This document shows, in pieces, positions 1 through 8,496 of a stretch of 34,058 nt of DNA. Under the pieces are notes generated by a model, which was not told the DNA's origin, searched no databases, and was given only the letters and a program-made list of their open reading frames with translations. Each line of letters begins with the position of its first letter. Within the stretch, counting starts at the first letter, position 1. Both the position numbers and the translations under genes were made by a program. The stretch comes from Gammaproteobacteria bacterium (GTDB lineage Bacteria > Aquificota > Aquificia > Aquificales > QOAS01), in assembly GCA_003972855.1 (NCBI GenBank), contig QOAS01000154.1, positions 1 to 34,058 of the forward strand, written 5' to 3'.

Positions 1-1
1 C

Positions 2-184
2 TTGGAAGTTGTAATGAGAAAGGAATTTCTCCCGCTTGTGGAGGGAAAAAAGCTCATACTCCAACCGGAGGGTAACAAAGAGGAAAACCTCAAAAGGGCT
101 TTGGAACTTTTAGATAAGCTCCTAAAGATGGGTTTTTACGCCCGAATAATACCTCAAATGCACAAGCTTATCAATCTCCCTTGA
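2..184 (+). CDS. queE: 7-carboxy-7-deazaguanine synthase (QueE-type radical SAM), C-terminal fragment; the 5' end lies outside the window
   Basis: The ORF is open to the left window edge. Its tail ..LILQPEGNKEENLKRALELL....ARIIPQMHKLINLP resembles the QueE C-terminus (..ALQP.. then ..MQTHKYLNIA in E. coli, recalled from memory). Confidence 0.6.
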   Translation: MEVVMRKEFLPLVEGKKLILQPEGNKEENLKRALELLDKLLKMGFYARIIPQMHKLINLP

Positions 185-308
185 GTTTGAAAATTCCGCA
201 CCTTACTAAGAAGAGGGTCAAAGTGAACAATTTTCTATTTGTTCATTTCATTTTAAATTTGTTCCTAAGTAAGGATTTGGAAAAGGAAAACCACCTTCCT
301 AAAAAGGC

Positions 309-337
309 TTGATTTTTTGTTTAAAAGGCGGTATATT
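309..337 (+). promoter_or_regulatory. sigma70-type promoter of tRNA-Pro
   Basis: TTGATT (309-314), 17 nt spacer, TATATT (332-337). The predicted TSS is about 7 nt downstream, and the tRNA begins at 352. Confidence 0.6.
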
Positions 338-351
338 AATTCCTTTGTCCA

Positions 352-426
352 CGGGGCGTAGCTCAGAGGCAGAGCGCTGGCATGGGGGGCCAGAGGTCGC
401 CGGTTCGATCCCGGCCGCCCCGACCA
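352..426 (+). tRNA. tRNA-Pro (anticodon GGG), CCA end encoded
   Basis: Manual cloverleaf: acceptor CGGGGCG/CGCCCCG, D stem GCTC/GAGC, anticodon stem CTGGC/GCCAG with loop ATGGGGG, variable AGGTC, T arm GCCGG-TTCGATC-CCGGC, discriminator A, then CCA. Total 75 nt. Confidence 0.9.
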
Positions 427-493
427 TCTTAGAAATATCCTTATTTCCTCAAAAGATAGTATCCGATAATTTTCTCCTGTCGGAGGTTTAAAG

Positions 494-2410
494 TTGGTCT
501 GGGAAAACTACGCCATTTTAAATAAATACCGCTCTTCCGAAGATTTAAAAGTCTTAAGCGAAGAAGAGCTGGAAAAACTCGCCCAAGAGGTTAGAAGATA
601 CATAATAGAGGTTACTTCAAGAACGGGAGGACACGTAGGACCTTCCCTTGGAACTGTGGAACTCACCATTGCCCTCCTTAAGGTGTTTAATCCCCCCAAA
701 GATGTAGTGGTCTGGGATGTAGGACACCAATCCTATGCGTGGAAAATTCTCACCGACAGAAAGGAGAAATTTCCCACCCTACGCCAATACGGGGGTATTT
801 CGGGATTCGTTAAAAGGGGAGAAAGCCCATACGACGCCTTTACGGTGGGACACAGTTCAACCTCCATTTCCGCCGCCCTCGGCATAAGGAAGGGAAAAGA
901 CCTTTTGGGGGAAAAAGAAGATTTCGTCATAGCGGTTATAGGAGACGGTGCCCTAACCGGGGGAGAAGCGTGGGAAGGACTTAACAACGCGGGACAGCTT
1001 AGACCCAACCGCTTTATAGTGGTTCTAAACGATAACGAAATGTCCATATCCCCCAACGTCGGGGCTATATCCAATTACCTCAATAAGGTTTACAGCGGTA
1101 AGGTGGTTCAAGAATTCCGCCAAAGGATAAAGAAACTCTTGGAAAAACGGTTTGAGTTCGGGCTTAGGGTTATGAAACTGCTGGAGGAGTTTGCCAAGGG
1201 TCTTATATCCCCCGGCGTTCTCTTTGAGGAATTGGGATTTAACTACATAGGGGTTATTGACGGTCACAATATTCCCCTTTTGGTTCAAACCTTGGAAAAC
1301 ATAAAAAACATAGAAGGTCCCGTTTTGCTCCATATAAAAACCGTCAAGGGGAAGGGTTACAAACCCGCCGAGGAAAACCCGATAAAGTGGCACGGGGTAG
1401 GTCCCTACAAGTTAGAAACGGGAGAAAGCGCCAAGAAGAAAAAAAGAACTTGGTCGCAGGCATTCGGAGAGGCGTTGGTTGAACTCGCCCAAAGGGACGA
1501 AAGAATAGTGGCTATAACGCCCGCAATGAAAGAGGGTTCGGGACTAACCGAATTTGAAGAAAAATTTCCCGAAAGGTTTTTTGACGTTGGTATAGCGGAG
1601 CAACACGCGGCTACTTTTAGCGCGGGATTGGCAACCCAAGGGTTAAAACCCGTCCTCTGCTACTACTCCACCTTTATGCAAAGGGCTTACGACCAAATAA
1701 TTCACGATATAGCCTTGCAGAAGTTACCGGTGGTTTTGGCAATAGATAGGGCGGGGCTGGTCGGCGAGGATGGACCCACCCACCACGGTGCCTTTGACCT
1801 TTCCTTTTTAAGGTGCGTTCCCAATATGGTTATTTCCGCCCCCAAAGACGAGGTGGAGCTTAGGAATCTGCTTTACACCGCATTGAGACAAAACAGATTC
1901 CCCTTTGCCATAAGGTATCCCCGCGGGGAAGTTGTGGAAAACCTCCTCGGAGAGGGTAAAGAATTTAGGGAAATCCCCATAGGCAGTTGGGAAGTTCTAA
2001 GGGATTTAAACTCAAAGGTCGTTATAGTGGCTACCGGCATAGCGGTAAGTTGGGGGTTAAAAGCCTACGAAATTCTTAAAGAAAATTACGGAGTAGAGGT
2101 TGGAGTAGTAAATGCCCGCTTCGTCAAACCTTTGGACAGGGATTTACTCAAAGAGATAGCCCAAACTTGCGAGGTAATAGTTACGGTGGAAGAAAACACC
2201 CTTAAAGGTGGTCTATACGGTGCGGTGCTTGAGGAGTTAAACGAAATGGGATTACTCAAAGCGGTAAAAGTTAAAGGTATAGGTATCCCCGACCGTTTCG
2301 TAACCCATGGCAACCAAAACCTACTTAGGGAGAAACTAAACCTATCCCCCGAAGGGATTGTTAAAGTCGTAGTCCAAACCTTGGAAGAACTAAAAACCCT
2401 CTCTCCCTAA
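494..2410 (+). CDS. dxs: 1-deoxy-D-xylulose-5-phosphate synthase
   Basis: 638 aa ORF. The N-terminus has GGHVGPSLGTVELTIAL and DVGHQSYAWKILT, with the GDGALTGGEAWEGLNNAG ThDP motif. The start is TTG, preceded by GGAGG (482-486) at 7 nt. Confidence 0.93.
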   Translation: MVWENYAILNKYRSSEDLKVLSEEELEKLAQEVRRYIIEVTSRTGGHVGPSLGTVELTIALLKVFNPPKDVVVWDVGHQSYAWKILTDRKEKFPTLRQYGGISGFVKRGESPYDAFTVGHSSTSISAALGIRKGKDLLGEKEDFVIAVIGDGALTGGEAWEGLNNAGQLRPNRFIVVLNDNEMSISPNVGAISNYLNKVYSGKVVQEFRQRIKKLLEKRFEFGLRVMKLLEEFAKGLISPGVLFEELGFNYIGVIDGHNIPLLVQTLENIKNIEGPVLLHIKTVKGKGYKPAEENPIKWHGVGPYKLETGESAKKKKRTWSQAFGEALVELAQRDERIVAITPAMKEGSGLTEFEEKFPERFFDVGIAEQHAATFSAGLATQGLKPVLCYYSTFMQRAYDQIIHDIALQKLPVVLAIDRAGLVGEDGPTHHGAFDLSFLRCVPNMVISAPKDEVELRNLLYTALRQNRFPFAIRYPRGEVVENLLGEGKEFREIPIGSWEVLRDLNSKVVIVATGIAVSWGLKAYEILKENYGVEVGVVNARFVKPLDRDLLKEIAQTCEVIVTVEENTLKGGLYGAVLEELNEMGLLKAVKVKGIGIPDRFVTHGNQNLLREKLNLSPEGIVKVVVQTLEELKTLSP

Positions 2411-2435
2411 TGGGGTTATCCTTTTTACTTAAACT

Positions 2436-2609
2436 ATGGAGTTCTCTTATATAACCGACCCTCAAACACTTAAAGCGGAAATTGAAAAGTTAAAGGATGC
2501 ACCCTATTTGTATTTGGACATAGAAACCACCACCCACGAGGATTTTACGAAAACCAAAATAAGACTGGTTCAGTTTGGAGATGACAAACTTGGTGGTGGA
2601 TTTGTTTGA
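2436..2609 (+). other. polA: N-terminal fragment of DNA polymerase I (3'-5' exonuclease ExoI motif), in a different frame from the main polA ORF
   Basis: The 57-codon ORF MEFSYITDPQTLKAEIEKLKDAPYLYLDIETTTHEDFTKTKIRLVQFGDDKLGGGFV* carries the LDIETT (DxE) motif. It is below the 60 aa track cut-off. Confidence 0.7.
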
Positions 2610-4182
2610 ATGTCCCGCCTGCGTTGAGATACTAAAGCAATTTTTACCGCAAAAGGCGTGGGTTGGACACAACCTAAAGTTTGACATAAAAAACCTTTAC
2701 TACCACTACGGTATAGAGCCGATAACCACTTTTGACACCTACATAGCCTCAGTTTTGCTCGGAAACGAAAGGAACAGCTTGCAGGCGGTTGTAGAAAAGT
2801 ATTTAGGGGAGTTTTTGGACAAAACGGAGCAACTGTCCAACTGGGGGGCAAGTCAGCTAACGAGCAACCAATTGGAATACGCCGCCAAAGATGTGGAAAT
2901 TTTGAGGAGGCTTTTTCCCATTCTCCTTAAGGAGCTAAACGCCCAAACCTCCCAAAGAAAGGAGTTTTTACTCAAAACGAGGGTAGCGGAGATTTTCGGG
3001 TTGGAAAATCCCATCGCCATAGTGGAAATGGCTATGGTTAAAGAGACGGGAAAGTTGGAAGCCAACGGTTTTACGGTGGACGTTGAAACCCTAAAGGGTA
3101 TGCTCAAAAAGTTAAAGTTGGAACTCCAAAGGTCGCAAATAAATTTTGTGACCAAATACGGTAAAGTGGATATTTTTTCACCCAAGCAGGTTGCCCAATT
3201 TCTCACCAAAAGGTTGGGGCTAAAGCTCCCTTCCACCAAAAGGGGAAACGTGGCAACCGACGACAAAAGTTTATCCGAATACATAGACAACCCCGCGGTG
3301 GCGGAAATCGTAAGAATTAGAAAACTCAAAAAGGTTTACGACAAGATACGGGAACTGGTGGGACACATAAGGGAAAACGGAAGGGTTTACCCCGAATTCA
3401 AACAGATTGGGGCTAAAACGGGTAGAATGTCCGCCAGCGAACCCAACGTTCAAAACATTCCAAGGGACTTGAGAAAAATCTTTAAAGCCCCAGAGGGGAA
3501 AAAATTAATAGTGGCGGATTTCTCCCAAATAGAACTCCGCATAGCCTCCGAATACGTAAACGAGGAAAAGATGATAGAGGCTTTCCAAAACGGGGAAGAC
3601 ATGCACGTGGTAACCGCTTCGTTAGTTTTGGGAAAGGGCAGGGAGGAGGTTACGAAGGAAGAAAGACAACTGGCTAAGGCTATGAACTACGGGCTTATAT
3701 ACGGAATATCCCCGAAGGGGCTTATGGAATACGCAAAGTTTGGTTACGGCGTAGACCTCTCCTTGGAGGAGGCTAAGGATTTGGTAAAACGCTTTTTTAA
3801 AGCCTTTCCCCGATTTTACGAGTGGCACAAAAGTCTTAGGGAAACCCTTAGGGAAAAGGGTAAGGTTGAGGGAGAAACCCTTTTGGGTAGGAAATACATT
3901 GCGGAAACCTTCCAAGACGCCGCCAATTATCCCATTCAGGGAACGGGCGCGGATTTGCTCAAATTAGCGGTGGACATCTTCTCTTACCAAGCCCAGCAAT
4001 GGGGTTTTGAGGTGAAGATAGTAAACTTGGTTCACGACGAGATAGTTTGCGAAGTTCCCCAAGAGCAGGCTCAAGAGGTTGCCCAGCTCCTAAAGGAGAG
4101 TATGGAATACGCGGGGAACTTAATTTTGAAAAAAGTGCCGGTGGAGGCGGAGGTAAAAGTCTCCCAAGTTTGGGAAAAGTGA
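2575..4182 (+). CDS. polA: DNA polymerase I, family A (rest of the 3'-5' exo domain plus polymerase domain; no 5' nuclease domain). The main ORF sits downstream of a frame change.
   Basis: HNLKFDIKNLY (Exo II-like), YAAKDV (Exo III-like), RVYPEFKQIGAKTGRMSASEPNVQNIP, DFSQIELRI (motif A), QLAKAMNYGLIYG (motif B), VNLVHDEIV (motif C). The true N-terminus appears to be at 2436 in another frame. Confidence 0.9.
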   Translation: MEMTNLVVDLFECPACVEILKQFLPQKAWVGHNLKFDIKNLYYHYGIEPITTFDTYIASVLLGNERNSLQAVVEKYLGEFLDKTEQLSNWGASQLTSNQLEYAAKDVEILRRLFPILLKELNAQTSQRKEFLLKTRVAEIFGLENPIAIVEMAMVKETGKLEANGFTVDVETLKGMLKKLKLELQRSQINFVTKYGKVDIFSPKQVAQFLTKRLGLKLPSTKRGNVATDDKSLSEYIDNPAVAEIVRIRKLKKVYDKIRELVGHIRENGRVYPEFKQIGAKTGRMSASEPNVQNIPRDLRKIFKAPEGKKLIVADFSQIELRIASEYVNEEKMIEAFQNGEDMHVVTASLVLGKGREEVTKEERQLAKAMNYGLIYGISPKGLMEYAKFGYGVDLSLEEAKDLVKRFFKAFPRFYEWHKSLRETLREKGKVEGETLLGRKYIAETFQDAANYPIQGTGADLLKLAVDIFSYQAQQWGFEVKIVNLVHDEIVCEVPQEQAQEVAQLLKESMEYAGNLILKKVPVEAEVKVSQVWEK

Positions 4183-6504
4183 TTACTCCAGTTGGGCTAC
4201 CGTTACCCCCGCTCCACCTTCGGAGGGAGTTCCCTCCCTATAAAAAGCCACGTAGGGAGTTTCCTCTAAAACTTCTTCCGTAACCCTCTTTAAAACCCCC
4301 GTTCCTATTCCGTGGATTATCCTAACCAACGAAACACCCGAAAGGTGGGCTTTGTCCAAAAACTTTAAAAGTTCCTCCTTCGCCTCCTCCGCGGTTTTAC
4401 CCCTTAGGTCTATTTCCGCCATTCCCTTGCTTTTCCTCAAAGAGGAGCTTACCTTTATTTCAACCTTCCTTTCGGAGGGAATTGTTTTAGTTCCTTTTAA
4501 GGGGTCGGGTTTTTCCAAATCGGTTTTATCCACCCAAATTTTGAAAGCCCCGCTTTGGACCAAAACCTTGTCCCCCTTTACCTTTAGGGCTTTTACTTGG
4601 GAACCTTTGTAAAGGTATTTCTCCCCTTCTTTTACCTCCTCAATGCGGGAAAGTTTTTCCTTTTTCTCCTTAACCGATTGCGATAGTTCGTTTATAAGTT
4701 TTTCAACCTCGCTTTTAGTTTTAGCCTCCTCAATCCTTTGGAGGGCTTGGGCTTTTAGGGTTATTAAAAATTCTTCCGCTTCCTTTATTGCACCTTTCCA
4801 CCGGCGGAGTTTTTCCCTTTCCAACTCTTCCCTTAGTTTCCTTATTTCCCTTTCGCTCTCCTCTATTTGTTTTTTCAATATTTCCGCTTCTTTTAGTTTT
4901 TCGTGATACTCGCGGGCGTATTTTTGAAGCTCTTGGGTGGCTTTCTCGTATTCCGCGGAAACTTCCATTTTCAGATAAGAACGGGCTTTTTCCACTATAT
5001 CTCTTTTTAATCCCAACCTTTGGGCTATATCCAAGGCGTGGGAACCCCCTATGGTATTGTAGGCGAGTTTGTAAAGGGGTTTTAGACTCTCCTCGTCAAA
5101 CAAAACGGAGGCGGGTGTGTAGTAGGTGCTTTCTAAGGCGTAAAGCTTTATAGGGGTGTGGTGGGTCGTTACAACCGTATAGGCGTTTACCTTTTCAAAG
5201 TATTCCAAAAGGGCTCTGCCCAACGCGGAACCCTCTACGGGGTCGGTTCCCGCCCCCAGTTCGTCTATGAGGACTAAGGTATTGCTGTCGGTTTTGTAGA
5301 GGAAATCCGCAATATTCTTTATGTGTCCCGCAAAGGTGGAAAGGTTTTGCTCTATATTCTGCTCGTCACCTATGTCGGTAAATATCTTGTCAAAAACCCT
5401 TAACTTGCTCCCTTCCTCACAAATAATGGGAATACCCAATTGGAACATTAGGGCATTCAAACCCAAGGTTTTGAGGGCAACCGTTTTTCCACCGGTGTTG
5501 GGTCCCGTTATAACAAGTCCCCTCCTCTCGCGGGTCAAAATTAGGTCTATGGCAACCACGTTTTGGTCTCCCAGATTGAGAACCAAAAGGGGATGTTTGG
5601 TATTTTTAAGGTAAACCTCCGTTGGGGAAATTTCGGGAAATCTAGCCCCTATCTCGTTGCCAAATTTAGCCTTCGCCCAAAGCCAATCCAAGTGGACCAA
5701 AATTTCAAAACTCCTCAAAAGTTCGTCCGCTTTTTTTCCCACCACCGAGGTTAAGAACCTCAAAACCTTTTTAACCTCCCTTTCTTCCGCTTCCCTCAGT
5801 TCCACCAAGCGGTTGTTTAAACCCACCACCAACGCGGGTTCAAAGAAGGTGGTTTTACCTGAAGAGGATACGCCGTGGGCGATACCCCTTATTCGTTTGG
5901 CGTAGGAAGTTTTTAAAGCCACCACATACCGTCCTTGGCGTAAGGTCACTATACGGTCTGCCACGTATTTGGCGTTTTCCTCTATAAACCTCTCAAGGGT
6001 TTGAACTATTTGCCTTTCAAGGTTTCTAATCCGCTTTCTTAAAGATGCCAGTTCAAAGTTAGCTTCGTCCTTTAAAAATCCTTTCTCGTCCAAGGCGTGG
6101 CGTAGTTCCCTCTCTATCTCTTTAAAAGAGCCTATTTGACCCTCATACTTCCGCAAGTTGGGGTATTCTTTGGAAAGTCTCTTTAGGTAATCCTTTACAA
6201 CCCTTAGGGTGGTAACCACCTTAAGCACCTCGTGAAGCTCTTTGGCGGAAAGCCAAGCCCCTTCTATCTTTGCCCTTTTGAGGTAGGGTCTTACATCTTC
6301 AAATTCGCCTATAGGTAGCTTTAAACCGCTTTTGAGTAGATTTAAGAAAACCCGTGTATCCTCTACCTCTTCCCTAACCTTTAGCTCCTGACGGTGGGGT
6401 CGGAGCCTATCTATGTATTCCCTCGTGGCGGGTGAAGAGGTGTATTCCTTTACCTTAGCAAGGATTTTGGACAGTTCCAACTTCAGCAAATCCTTTTCCC
6501 TCAT
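4183..6504 (-). CDS. mutS2: Endonuclease MutS2 (MutS domain V ATPase plus C-terminal Smr domain)
   Basis: 773 aa with Walker A ITGPNTGGKTV, LIDELGAGTDP, a long coiled-coil linker, and C-terminal Smr (IDLRGKTAEEA...RIIHGIGTGVLK). Confidence 0.92.
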   Translation of the reverse strand: MREKDLLKLELSKILAKVKEYTSSPATREYIDRLRPHRQELKVREEVEDTRVFLNLLKSGLKLPIGEFEDVRPYLKRAKIEGAWLSAKELHEVLKVVTTLRVVKDYLKRLSKEYPNLRKYEGQIGSFKEIERELRHALDEKGFLKDEANFELASLRKRIRNLERQIVQTLERFIEENAKYVADRIVTLRQGRYVVALKTSYAKRIRGIAHGVSSSGKTTFFEPALVVGLNNRLVELREAEEREVKKVLRFLTSVVGKKADELLRSFEILVHLDWLWAKAKFGNEIGARFPEISPTEVYLKNTKHPLLVLNLGDQNVVAIDLILTRERRGLVITGPNTGGKTVALKTLGLNALMFQLGIPIICEEGSKLRVFDKIFTDIGDEQNIEQNLSTFAGHIKNIADFLYKTDSNTLVLIDELGAGTDPVEGSALGRALLEYFEKVNAYTVVTTHHTPIKLYALESTYYTPASVLFDEESLKPLYKLAYNTIGGSHALDIAQRLGLKRDIVEKARSYLKMEVSAEYEKATQELQKYAREYHEKLKEAEILKKQIEESEREIRKLREELEREKLRRWKGAIKEAEEFLITLKAQALQRIEEAKTKSEVEKLINELSQSVKEKKEKLSRIEEVKEGEKYLYKGSQVKALKVKGDKVLVQSGAFKIWVDKTDLEKPDPLKGTKTIPSERKVEIKVSSSLRKSKGMAEIDLRGKTAEEAKEELLKFLDKAHLSGVSLVRIIHGIGTGVLKRVTEEVLEETPYVAFYREGTPSEGGAGVTVAQLE

Positions 6505-6549
6505 CTTTTGTTAAATTTTGCTTTTGTCAAAGTGCTTTAATAGGTTTTG

Positions 6550-8496
6550 ATGACTTTAACTGCAAAACAGCTTGAGGAAAATTTTGAAAAAAACATCGCC
6601 TTTTTTGAAAAGGGTTTTCCCAAATTGGCGGAGAAATTTAAAGATTTCAAACCTTCCGCGGACTTAATTTTAGACCCCGACTTGGGTATCAATATATTTG
6701 ACCGCAAAAAGGAGGCTTTTTTATATCCCGGCGACGGAAGGCTTATAACCCTAAAACAGATAGCCTACTGGTTGGAAAATCCTTCCTTTTTCACCTTGGC
6801 GCCCGCGGAAATGGATGAAAGCGAAGGTTACCTCCATACGCGGTATATAAACCGTTTGGTGCGCTTGCGAAAGGAACTTCTAAAAACCGACCGCCTTTCG
6901 TTAACCTCCACCATACCGATGTCCCTCCTCATTGTAGGTGTAGGTTTGGGGGAACATCTAAAGTTTTTGGTTGAAAACCTAAATTTGGAAAACCTCCTTA
7001 TTTTGGAACCCAATGAAGACTTCTTTTACATCTCCCTTCACTACCTAAATTGGGAAGAACTAATAAAAACCTTTACCGAAAAGGGGGGTCTGAGAATTTC
7101 CATCCTCGTAGGGGAAGATGCCAAAGATACCGACAGAATTTCGGGATTTTTTTCCCTAATAGGTGCCTTCAAGGCTTCTACTACCTTCTTATATATCCAC
7201 TATTTGGACGAATTTTTAAAAAACTTTGTAAAGGAATTGGGAACGGAAGTTGTAAGAAATATTTCCTTCTTCGGTTTCTTTGACGATGAGATAATTTCGC
7301 TCAAACACACCCTTACCAACATAAAAAACAGGGTTCCCCTCTTTAACCCCCATAGTAAAGGGCTTTCCCCCGACATTCCCGCGGTGGTCGTGGGTTCGGG
7401 ACCCTCTTTGGAGTTTCTTTTACCATACCTAAAGAGGTATGGGGACAAACTGTTTATAATTTCCTGCGGAACCGCATTGGGAATTTTGGAAAAGCACGGA
7501 ATAAAACCCGACTTACACACAAACATTGAAAGGATTCCCCTTCCCTACGAGGTTGCACTGAAAACCACCTCCGAGGAGTTTAGGAAAGAAATACCTTTTT
7601 TGGGTGCCAACAATAATTACCCTCCATTCTTCGGGATTTTCAAAAAAGGGGCTATGTTTTTAAAGGCGGGCGACGCGGGAGCGGACCTTTTTCCCCAAGA
7701 AAAGCTTTACTATGTAAACCCGACGGTTACCAATACCGGTCTGGCTTTAGCCTTTTATTTAGGCTTCAAAAAGGTTTACCTCTTTGGGGTAGACCTCGCA
7801 TTTGAGGGCAAAAAACACCACGCAAAGGGAAGCGCCTACGACACCCTCCTAAAAGATATGGAAAAACTCCTTAAGGGGGAAATAGAGGTTGAAGGAAACT
7901 TCGGAGGGAAGGTTGTTACCAACTCAATCTTTTACAGTTCCCTCAAGTTTATGGGAGAATCCATTAAATACTTCAAAGGTGTTAGGAAGGAGTTTGAAGT
8001 CTTTAACCCCAACAGGGGGGCTAAAATAGAGGGAGCAACCCCTTTAAGGGAAGAGGAATTGGAAAACCACCTTAAGGAGCTAAAGGAAAACAAAAAAACA
8101 TTTGCGGAAAGGTTTTGGCAAGAAACGGTTGAACCTTTAAAGGAGGAGTGGTTTGACTTCCCGAAACTCAAAATGCAACTGATGACCAACTTTTACCAAC
8201 TCAAAATGGTAATGGATGAGGTTTTGGAAAAAACGGAAAGGGCGGAAGATTTCGCCCAAACGGTGGCGGAATTTTACGACTACATAAGGGTTATAAGAAA
8301 TCACAACCCAATTCTTTACCACCTCTTGCACGGAACTTTAACCCTCTTTTTAGCCCACCTGCAGTTTGGACTTTTTGCGGATGTTCCCACCCCCCAAAAG
8401 GAGCTTTACCTAAAAGAGGCTAAAAAACTTCTAAGGGAAATGCTCCAAGAGATGGAAAAGGAAATTTACAACCTATACGATTATTTTCCCTTCTAA
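6550..8496 (+). CDS. Motility-accessory-factor-like protein (Maf / DUF115, MptE-like fold); putative nonulosonic-acid (flagellin) glycosyltransferase
   Basis: About 648 aa. The N-terminus LEENFEKNIAFFEKGFPKLAEKF...DLGINIFD resembles Maf N-termini. The core has VVVGSGPSLEFLLP...FIISCGTA and VYLFGVDLAF. ATG 6550 is preferred over TTG 6547. Confidence 0.6.
   Translation: MTLTAKQLEENFEKNIAFFEKGFPKLAEKFKDFKPSADLILDPDLGINIFDRKKEAFLYPGDGRLITLKQIAYWLENPSFFTLAPAEMDESEGYLHTRYINRLVRLRKELLKTDRLSLTSTIPMSLLIVGVGLGEHLKFLVENLNLENLLILEPNEDFFYISLHYLNWEELIKTFTEKGGLRISILVGEDAKDTDRISGFFSLIGAFKASTTFLYIHYLDEFLKNFVKELGTEVVRNISFFGFFDDEIISLKHTLTNIKNRVPLFNPHSKGLSPDIPAVVVGSGPSLEFLLPYLKRYGDKLFIISCGTALGILEKHGIKPDLHTNIERIPLPYEVALKTTSEEFRKEIPFLGANNNYPPFFGIFKKGAMFLKAGDAGADLFPQEKLYYVNPTVTNTGLALAFYLGFKKVYLFGVDLAFEGKKHHAKGSAYDTLLKDMEKLLKGEIEVEGNFGGKVVTNSIFYSSLKFMGESIKYFKGVRKEFEVFNPNRGAKIEGATPLREEELENHLKELKENKKTFAERFWQETVEPLKEEWFDFPKLKMQLMTNFYQLKMVMDEVLEKTERAEDFAQTVAEFYDYIRVIRNHNPILYHLLHGTLTLFLAHLQFGLFADVPTPQKELYLKEAKKLLREMLQEMEKEIYNLYDYFPF

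Noticed and set aside
201-274. Inverted repeats upstream of the tRNA-Pro promoter: CCTTACTAAG (201-210) with CTAAGTAAGG (265-274), and GAACAA-N8-TTGTTC (225-244) followed by a T-rich stretch
   Set aside because: This could be a weak queE terminator or an operator. The stems are short and AT-rich and there is one mismatch. That is not enough evidence to call a feature.
309-491. 60 aa ORF overlapping tRNA-Pro
   Set aside because: It is read straight through the tRNA gene and its promoter. It is an artefact of the GC-rich tRNA sequence.
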